IMG/VR virus record: IMGVR_UViG_3300012665_000509
Span: 1-64,000 of that record
DNA from: a virus
Taxonomy: Duplodnaviria > Caudoviricetes
DNA length: 64,000 nt
Direction: 5' to 3' (one strand)
Translations under genes and position numbers: made by a program
Notes under the pieces: generated by a model
Told to the model about the DNA's origin: nothing
Seen by the model: the letters and a program-made list of their open reading frames with translations, nothing else
The model's database searches: none
Shown here: positions 29,201-38,200 of the stretch, in pieces
Layout of the letters: each line of letters opens with the position of its first letter
How positions within the stretch are numbered: position 1 is the stretch's first letter

Positions 29201-32140
29201 ATCAACAATAGATCAACAGAAGCACAAATTTCTAACGTGTTTATTGGTGAAGCAAGCGATCAAATTCTTAAATTAGAATTTAGCAATGCTGGAAACGCAT
29301 ATACTAATGTTAACTATACATTTACAGGATCTGGAACCCAGGGCAATGCTCGCGGCGATGAATTCCGTGATAACGCAGTATTTGAAGTTAGAATTTTACA
29401 ACAGAGCATTAACAGTGGATACGGTGGAACTGGATATGAGATTGTATCAAACAACGTTCAAGCTGGTAACACACTATCATTGACTATTGCTAGTAACGAT
29501 AAAAACCCAGAAGTTGATTTACTAGGTAAACGAATACTAGTAGTATCGGGTACTGGAGTTGGACAGTACGGCTATGTTGCTGGATTAGACTTTGTATCAA
29601 AAATTGTAGCAGTGGCCAAAGAGTCAGTTGAACAATTAACAGCAGTATCAACCGTTGCTAGCAACGATGTGATAAACGTTAACAACACAACATATTTCCC
29701 AGCTGGTACTCCAGTATACTTTAGTTATAAGACTTATGTTATTACTATTACAAATGCTTACGGCCCTTCAGACATTATAGGTCCAGGAGTGTTACGTCCT
29801 AATCAATTAATATGTAATTCAACATCGGGGCTTGTAATTGGAATGCCAATTACATTTAGTTCAGCTTATGGTGTAATTTCACAATCAACAGTTTACTATG
29901 TTTCTGAAATTGTTGACAGCACTAGCATTAGAATCAGCGCAACTAACAATGGTCCAACATTAACATTATCAACTCAAACAGGTGTTGTATTAGGAACTAT
30001 TGGTGGAACCCTAGGCGGATTATTAACTAACACATTGTATTATGTACTAGCTACTAACAGAACTGCTACACAATTTAGTGTAAGCCTTACACCCGGCGGC
30101 ACAGTTGAACCAGTGACTGATAGGGTTGGTCAAATGTTTGTCAACGCGGCAGGTTGGGACCATATTAATCAAGGAACACCGGCTGTTGAACTACTTGATA
30201 CTACATCAGTATACAGTATTGAGCCTCGAGTGACATTTTCAGCTCCCCCATACGCTACTATTGCTGGAGTATTGCCAGCAAGCACAGTATGGTCTAGTAT
30301 TGCTTACGGTAACGGTAAGTTTGTAGCTGTGTCAAGTAGCAGTGCTGATGTCGCAGTTAGTATTGATTCAGGCGGGTCTTGGACATTAGGTGCGTTACCA
30401 GCAAGCGATGTATGGACAAGTGTTACTTACGGAGACCCGGGCTGGGTAGCTGCCGGTGCTACTACTATGGCAGCATCGACTAACGGAACTGACTGGACTA
30501 CAATTCCAGGAACTCCAGTATACGCATGGACAGATGTACACTACGGTAATGGCAGATATATTGCTGTTGGCACAGACGTTATCGCAACATCAAACAATTC
30601 AGTTACATGGAGCGCATCAACAGTTACCGGAGCATGGTCAAGTGTTGCCTATGGTAAAGATATATGGGTAGCAGTTGCAGCAGGTACAGCCGCAGTATAT
30701 TCAACAGACGGCGGCGCAGTATGGAATCCAGTAGTAGTTGCTGATGCTACTTGGTCAAGCGTCACATACGGTAATGGCCGTTTTGTGGCAGTTGCCAGCG
30801 GTGGAACAGCAACAATGTACTCATTTGATGGAGCAGTTTGGTATAATTCAGCACTACCTTCATCGAGAACGTGGACTAGCATTACTTACGGCCAAGGTTT
30901 GTTTATGGCAGTAGCATCATCAGGTAACAGTGCAGCATCTAGCCAGGATGGACTAACCTGGGTAGCTAGATCGTTGTCAGCAAGTGCTAACTGGAAGAGT
31001 ATTGCCTTTGGTAATCCAACAGTTAGCGGAACAATAACTCCAAAATTTGTAGCAGTAGCATCTTCTGGGACTAGTGCTCGTATAATCAGCGCAGGCGCAA
31101 CAGCTATTGGAAGACCGGTAATTGAATCAAATGCTGTACAACAAATAAAAATTTGGGAACCAGGCAGCGGATATACTGTAACTCCAACCGTTACAGTGTA
31201 CGATGCTGTTAATACAACCGATGTGTTAACCTTGGCAAGAATAGGTAACGGTGTATTAGGAAATCCGTCGTTTATCAATCGAGGAACAGGATATAGAAGC
31301 TCAAGTACAGTGTGTACGGTAGTTGGCGACGGTTATGCTGATTCGTACCACGTAGGAAAATTTGTAATTGTTTCGGGACTAAGTAGAGTCCCTGGGCCAG
31401 GTGCTAACTTGTCGATTGACGGAATTCCTGACATAATTTATAAAATTGTTAAGATTTTTGATCTTGGATCAGGCAACGCAAAATTCCAAATTGCTCCGTA
31501 CTTAAAAGTATTCAACAGTCCGGTACATAACACTGGATTTATTATCCGTGAAAAATACTCACAAGTTCGTCTAACAGGACACGACTTCTTATTAATTGGT
31601 ACTGGAAATTTCCAACAGGCTAATTATCCTGACACAGATGTTAGACAGCTGGCGCAAGAAAGTGAAATTAAAGAGTCAGGAGGCGGCCGTTGCTTCTACA
31701 CAAGTACTGACCAAGACGGTAACTTCCGAGTCGGCGAACTGTTTAAAGTTGAACAAGCGACAGGTACTGTTACTATTAGTGCTGACTTCTTCCAGCTACG
31801 CGGTCTTGAAGAACTAAGTTTAGGTGGAGTAAGTATTGGTGGTTCAGCTGTTGTTGTACGTGAATTTAGTACAGACCAGTTCTTTACAGCTGATAGTAAT
31901 AACGTTGTTCCAACGCAGAAAGCAATTAAGGCCTACATTGGCAAACGTATTTCTGGTGGTGGATCTGACGCACAAACAGGTGTTTTAGTAGCAGGTATTG
32001 TTCGTGTTGGCCCACAACAAATTTCAACAACTACTAACACACAGGTGTTTATGAAAAATAAAGTAAAAATAACGAAAGGTATTGATGGTAGTATGTTAGC
32101 TATGACGTTCTTTGCAGACAGCTTTACTAACGACGATTAA
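26267..32140 (+). CDS. giant tail appendage protein: 8 CBM5/12-like W..Y..D.V.Y repeats, beta-helix, YGNG beta-propeller repeats
   Basis: Repeats such as WTVDTRYRLNDIVKYNGILYRC; YYVSTNGVDD...PWKTV; repeated W.S(I/V).YG.G.FVAV; late promoter AATAAATA 26230-26237. Confidence 0.75.
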   Translation: MAEFKLGRIRFTWQGDWSATTAYTKDDIVRYGSSSYVCLVGHTASTDFYDDLYYVNTATQPDTAAPKWTLWFEGYEWTGDWDTGTFYKVGDIARYGSIVYLCNESHTSTTDSKTLTVINAFGTGTNVIPTTAMAGTGTLVTLTYDEQDDIPFYVGQSISIAGADPVEYNGTWIVTFASKTQIKFASTATGAQVVAGTITSTDGLITLEFAPETVAPFLAGDSITVAGVRSTVYNGTYTIRDCTTSSVSYLGTNRAPFIPPFPTIVDGATEIRITNVVGNGDQVTITFAEQKVGEIPTAPFTIGQTITLVGVNPPVYNGVRVVSACTPTTVVYTASTQDIFVPPAANAAFGTLVGPQLAVLEQDQSKWTAYAKTDNWQKDWTVDTRYRLNDIVKYNGILYRCIGNHTSAETNALGLENDISNWQLISFSEEWRTDWTISTRYRRNDIIRYGGIVYRCNSGHTSAATVALGLEVDLSNWQIVHSGIEYKGVWAVDFRYKLNDVVKYGANQWICNLGHVSDSAEFEPAKWNLYLPGLEYQEEWSALENYIPGDVVKYGGYSYFSKTHNFNFKPSVYPLEWELLTTGFKIVGEYSTATQYRTGDVVRRFGKLFLAITDSQGSETTNATNWELVVDGIQWKDKWEENTEYLPGDVINYIATTYKCVTKHLSALGNNPLNDIIGDYWITYAQGEKTNRLLKQGDTLTYNNGSTVRYALDTVQGNILQTNSEMPSWEAWGEIDKVYYVSTNGVDDVNHGSSLNSPWKTVAYACSQVTGPATIFIKTGIYYEALPISVPAGVALCGDELRSTVIRPIPADVTADMFYVRNGTGIRNMTLQGLTGTLGEPNQYGTRRPTAGAYVSLDPGSGPTDSSVWITNKSCYVQNVTTFGTGCIGLKIDGALHNGGNKSIVANDFTQILSDGIACWCTNLGLTELVSVFSYYGHIGYLAENGGKIRATNGNSSYGTYGCVSEGVSALEVPITGSINNRSTEAQISNVFIGEASDQILKLEFSNAGNAYTNVNYTFTGSGTQGNARGDEFRDNAVFEVRILQQSINSGYGGTGYEIVSNNVQAGNTLSLTIASNDKNPEVDLLGKRILVVSGTGVGQYGYVAGLDFVSKIVAVAKESVEQLTAVSTVASNDVINVNNTTYFPAGTPVYFSYKTYVITITNAYGPSDIIGPGVLRPNQLICNSTSGLVIGMPITFSSAYGVISQSTVYYVSEIVDSTSIRISATNNGPTLTLSTQTGVVLGTIGGTLGGLLTNTLYYVLATNRTATQFSVSLTPGGTVEPVTDRVGQMFVNAAGWDHINQGTPAVELLDTTSVYSIEPRVTFSAPPYATIAGVLPASTVWSSIAYGNGKFVAVSSSSADVAVSIDSGGSWTLGALPASDVWTSVTYGDPGWVAAGATTMAASTNGTDWTTIPGTPVYAWTDVHYGNGRYIAVGTDVIATSNNSVTWSASTVTGAWSSVAYGKDIWVAVAAGTAAVYSTDGGAVWNPVVVADATWSSVTYGNGRFVAVASGGTATMYSFDGAVWYNSALPSSRTWTSITYGQGLFMAVASSGNSAASSQDGLTWVARSLSASANWKSIAFGNPTVSGTITPKFVAVASSGTSARIISAGATAIGRPVIESNAVQQIKIWEPGSGYTVTPTVTVYDAVNTTDVLTLARIGNGVLGNPSFINRGTGYRSSSTVCTVVGDGYADSYHVGKFVIVSGLSRVPGPGANLSIDGIPDIIYKIVKIFDLGSGNAKFQIAPYLKVFNSPVHNTGFIIREKYSQVRLTGHDFLLIGTGNFQQANYPDTDVRQLAQESEIKESGGGRCFYTSTDQDGNFRVGELFKVEQATGTVTISADFFQLRGLEELSLGGVSIGGSAVVVREFSTDQFFTADSNNVVPTQKAIKAYIGKRISGGGSDAQTGVLVAGIVRVGPQQISTTTNTQVFMKNKVKITKGIDGSMLAMTFFADSFTNDD

Positions 32141-32214
32141 GTCGTTGAATCGCTTAGAAAAATGTAAATTTAACAAACACATAAATACAATAACTTGATA
32201 ATCCGGAGCATTGA

Positions 32215-35200
32215 ATGGCTGAATTTAAACTAGGTAGAATACGTTTTATATGGAAAGACGTATGGACTCCAAACACAACATACATCAAAGATGATATCAT
32301 TAGAAATGGTGGTAAAACTTACGTCTGCGTTATCGGACACGTAAGTGACGCTAATTTCTATACAGACTTTGATAATATACCTACACGTTGGAATCAAGTA
32401 GCTGACGGGTCTGAGTGGAAAGGTGATTGGGCTACTGGTACATTTTACAAGTTAAATGACTTGGTAAAAGATGGCGGCCGTTTATATATTTGTAACGAAA
32501 GCCATACAAGTGCTGGCTCTATTTCAAGTGTAACTGTTACTGGTAACTTAGTTGCCGGTGCTACAACTGTTACAGGATTATCAGATACTTCACAACTATT
32601 AGCAGGCATGTCACTAGCCATCCAAGGTGGTGGCGGAACTGTAACAGTAGCAACTGATACAATTATTTTAAGTGTTGACAGCCCTACTCAAGTTACTATT
32701 GATAAAGCATTAACCGGATCATCAACTGCTTCCGGAGCAACATTAGTATGGACTACTTCAACAGCTGGTCAACCAGCTGGCGGATCATCTGCCTTAGATG
32801 ATGATCGTAGCAAGTGGGATTTATACATAACAGCATTAGATTGGAAAGGTGATTGGGCTGTTTATACACGTTACCGTATTAACGACATTGTTCGTTACGG
32901 CGGACAATCGTATGTGTGTAACGAAGAACACGTTTCAGCAACTACACTAGCAGATGGTTTAGAAGACGACCTAGCCAAGTGGGACATTTATTCAGAAAGC
33001 TTTGAATGGAACCAAGACTGGACTCCTGCCACACGTTACAAACGCAATGATGTAATTTTATACGGTGGTCAAAGTTACGTTTGTAATTTAGGACACACAT
33101 CGGCAGCTACTTATACACTAGGTTTAGAAGCAGATCAGAGCAAGTGGGATTACTTACACAAGGGTATCGAATACAAAACTGGTTGGGATCGTGGCGCAAC
33201 TATTACTGCTAAAATTGATGACGGCTCTGGCGGAGCAGGTGATACACTAACAGTTACCGCTATTGCGTTTGGTTCATTACAACCAGGACAGTTATTATTT
33301 GGATCAGGTGTTATTGCCGGCACATACATTGTATCTCAATTAACAGGCACAACTGGTAGTACTGGTACATACCTTGTAAGTCAAGACCACACAATTACTT
33401 CTACAACTGTAACTGCTAAACGCAGATACAAGATTAACGACATCGTTAAGTGGGGAGCAGATTTATGGATTTGTACAGACAACCATAGTTCAGACCCGGC
33501 TAACACATTTGAATCAGATGAAGATTTAGGTCGTTGGGAACGATTTGTTGAAGGTCTACAGTTTGAAAACAGCTGGGATAGCTCAACAATTTATCAACCA
33601 GGCGACGTAGTAACTTACGGTGGTTTTGCTTATATATGTGATACTAACCACTCTAACAAAGTACCTACACAAAACCCAGTTGACTGGCAGTTGTTTACTA
33701 CAGGATTTAAATTCCAAAACGACTACGACATTTCAACAGCATATAAAGTTGGCGATGTAGTTCGTCTAAGCGGTTATACATACGTTGCTATTTTAGACAA
33801 CGTTCAAGTAACCATTAACGCAATAAACACAACACCAACAGTTACAATTGGTATCGTTGATTATACAAACGTTATTACATTAAGTGCCCCGTCAACTAAT
33901 CTAGTTGCTGGATTACCTATTACATTCACGGGAACTACATTTGGTGGAATCCTTGACGTTGATCCAATTAGTGGTTTACCAAAACAATATTTTGTCAAGC
34001 AAGTAATCAGCGCAACACAATTTAATGTAAGTTTAGAACTAGCTGGCCCAGAAGTAGTTGTAACTACAGCCAACGGTACAATGGCACTTACAACAAATCC
34101 AGAACCACCATGCGAAGGATTCTGGAGCAGATTAAACAGTGGTGTTAAGTGGATTGACCAAGCAGTTACTAACTCAGCAGTTACAGGTACAAACCTTATT
34201 GGTACAGGTACCGGCGCTAAGTTTGATGTAGTTCGTGAAGGTACATACTACTCAGTAACGTTAGCTGCAGGTTATCTTGGCACTGGATATGCTGCCAATG
34301 ACACTATTAAGATTTTAGGTACATCATTAGGCGGTGTAACACCAACTAACGATTTAACAATTACAGTAGCAAGCATTAACGCTGGCGCTATTGATACTAT
34401 TACATGGTCTGGTACCGCAGTAACTTGGAAGATTGGTACAGAATATAAACAAGGTGACACTGTCAAGTGGGGTGTAAGTACATTCCTTTGCGTATTACGT
34501 CACGTAGCTGAATACGATGTAGGACCTCCTGTGACAGGTAACCGCCCTGACATCGACTTAGATGGTACATATTGGAACATGTTAGCGGCAGGTGCTGAAG
34601 CAGCCGTACTAACAACCAAAGGTGATACACTATACTTTGGCGGCGCTGGTCCTACAAGATTGCCAATTGGTCAACCTGGACAAGTACTTAAAGTTCTAGG
34701 CGACACACCAGGTTGGGAATACTTTGGTGTTGTTGATCACGTATACTATGTTGCTCCAAGCGGAATTGATTCGCCAGCTCCATTGTACGGAATTACAGTT
34801 GACAAGCCATGGAAAACTGTACGCTACGCAACTGAACAAATTGCCAAAGGTCCTAAGAATTATAATTCTAAATACCTAATCGAAAATAATAGACAGTTCA
34901 TACAAAAAGAAGTAACTGGATGGATTGCTAGTACATATACTGTAAACATTGGCAGTACTATTGCGTCTACAGACGGATTAAGACCAAATCAAATTGTGTT
35001 ATCTAGCGGCACTACTGTTAATTTATCAGTTAATATGCCTATTAAGGTTAGCGCAGACTTTGGTAATATGCTTGCCGCATCGACATATTATGTTAAGACT
35101 ATTGTTTCTAATACACACTTTACTGTTAGCGCAACTGCTGGCGGTGTAGTATTTGCCCAAACAACTGCTAGTGGATCTATTACTGCGTCATTATCATATG

Positions 35201-38200
35201 ATGCCGCTAAATGCGAAAGAGACGTTGGCTATGTAGTTGATGCGTTAGTATACGACTTGAGCCACGGTGGTAACTCACGTTCACGCAAAGCGGCTCTCAA
35301 ATATGTTAATGAAGCACCACTAGTATATTCAAAACAACAAAAAGTACAAACTGCAGCTGCCTTAAATTATGCGCTAACAGTTATTACTAATATTCTTAAT
35401 AATACTCCTCCAGTAACTAGTTACCAAAATACTGTAGATCAAATTATTATTCCGGAGTTAGTACAAGACGCAGTTGCGTTGCCAACATTAACTACATTGA
35501 CTGGTGTCATTACTAGTGCTATACTTGCTGGAACCGCAACTAATATTCCAGCTGAACAGTTAACCAACTACACTATCAACATTAAGACTGGTGTGTTCTA
35601 TGAAGTGTTGCCAATTACAGTACCAGCTAACGTTGCGTTAGTTGGTGACGAATTGCGTTCAACAAATATTCGCCCAGCAACATCGTTAGTAAGTATTAGC
35701 GATGCTCCGTACTCACTAGACGGTTATACTAGATTAAAAGCAGTTATTGGAGATATTGTACAAGGTAATGCTATTACACCTTCAGCAGGTAATACATTAA
35801 CACAATTTACTGATGGCCCTGTAGCAACTAGCACAGAAGCAACTACTGCTTCTTCATTAGTTAGCCAGCTAAGATATACAATTGATTCAAAATTAAATCT
35901 ATTGAATGACGTAACATTAACTGCGCCAACAGATTATAATACTGCTTACTTGGCAGGTTATGGCGATGCTCGTAATTTAATTGTAGCTAATACAGCATTT
36001 ATACAAGCTGAATTAATTCAACGTATTACTAATAACTATCCTTCATTAACATACGATCGTGTAAAATGTGCTAGAGATATTAAATTTATCATTGACGCAC
36101 TACGTTATGACTTAACCTATGGTGGTAATGTAGCTAGTTTAGTAGCAGGTAACGCTTACTATGCTGGCGTTGGTGGTGCTTTACAAATTGGTTCTAGCGA
36201 ATTAGCTGCAACTATTGACGCATACACTTACTTACAAAGTTTAGTACAAGACATAGCAGTTAACACAAGTGTAGTTCCGTTACAAACAGAAGTTACACAA
36301 GTTCCTGGTCCAGCAGGTAGTGCTCTAGCGGCTCTTGTTGCCATCGACTTAGTAAATAATATTATTACTACTATAAACTCTGGAACTGCTCCAGCAACAG
36401 TATTACCAGCTACAACTTGGGTTGCTAGTCCGTTAACTACTGCTCAGGCAACATTAGATGCTGCCAAGGCAACAATCCGATCAAATACTATTTCTTGGAT
36501 TAATTCAAACTACCCAACATTAGTATATGACACAGTAAAATGTTCACGTGATGTAGGTTATGTAATTGACGCATTGGGTTACGACTTTATGTTCAATGCT
36601 AACTTCCAAACATACAAAGCCGCACTAGCTTATGGTAGATTAAATGCTGCCGTAGCAGTGACTTCACAAAAAGCAGCCACAGTAGCGGCGTGGAATTATG
36701 TAAAGACTCAAGCACTTGCTAACGTTGGTGGTGACACAACTGCCCAAGCTAGAATTACTGCTAACATGGACATGTTAATTAGCATTGTTGAGGCTAGCAC
36801 ATTTAACGGATCAAACGAGCCAACTAGCACTCAAGCTGCATATGATGCGGCAAGAATGTTAGAACTTAATAAAGACTTTTTAGCATTAGAAGTTACTCGT
36901 TATATTGCGGCTACATATCCAAGCTACACATACGATGTAGAAAAATGTAAGCGTGATGTTAGAACTGTAGTTGACGCAATCAAAGAAGATTTAGTTTACG
37001 TTGGCAACTATAAAACAAGAACAGCGGCAATTTATTATGTAAATGCTGTAACTGGATCTGAAAAATCAGACATGTTCTATGTACGTAATGGTACAGGTAT
37101 TCGTAACATGACCTTACAAGGATTGTCAGGTTATCTAAGTTCTCCAAACGCTTATGGCACAAAACGTCCAACAGCCGGTTCATTCACTAGCTTAGATCCA
37201 GGATGGGGCCCAGATGATACATCAGCTTGGGTAACTAACAAATCTTGCTACGTACAAAACGTAACAACATTTGGTACAGGTTGCGTGGGCTGTAAGATTG
37301 ACGGAACATTACACAATGGTGGTAACCGTTCTATCGTGTCTAACGACTTTACACAGATCTTAAGTGACGGTATTGGTGTATGGTGTACAGGAACAGAAGC
37401 ACTAACTGAATTAGTGTCAGTGTTCTCATACTATGGACACATGGGATACTTGGCAGAAGACGGTGGTAAGATTCGTGCTACTAACGGTAACAGCTCATAT
37501 GGTACATATGGTTGCGTATCAGAAGGTGTTGACATTACCGAAGTGCCTATTACTGCGGTAGTAGATAATCGTTACAACGAAGCTTCAATTACAAACGTAA
37601 TTACTAATAACAGTCAAGTATGGGCAGTTGAATATCTTAACGCTGGATCATACTATGATCAGGCAACATATACAATTAACGGCGCTGGCGCAAACGCAAC
37701 CGCAGTTGCTAATGAATTCCGTGACGATGCGGTGTTTGAAGTACGTATTACAGACCCAACTGACAGTAACGATATTGGCGGTTTAGGTTACATTACTTCA
37801 AGTAACATTGCCCAAGGTGGTAACACTACACAAATCACACTAGCAGCCACTGACGGAAACCTAAGCAGTGCGTATGTTGGTATGCGTATTCAAATTACTA
37901 GTGGTACAGGTGTTGGCCAGTATGGTTATGTAAACACATACAATAACGGTAGTAAGATTGCTACAATTCTTAAAGAGTCAACTGGTACAGCAGGTTGGGA
38001 TCATGTAATTCCAGGCACACCGATTGCTTCTACACTCGACTTAACAACAGCATACATTGTTGAACCAAGAATTAGTTTTGGTGCTCCAGGATATGCTGCC
38101 ACAGAAACAACACAAGTATCAGGAACATGGGTTGATGCTACTTATGTTAGTATGAACGCTACATATACAGCAGTTGCAGCAACTGGCGGTAGTGGAACAC

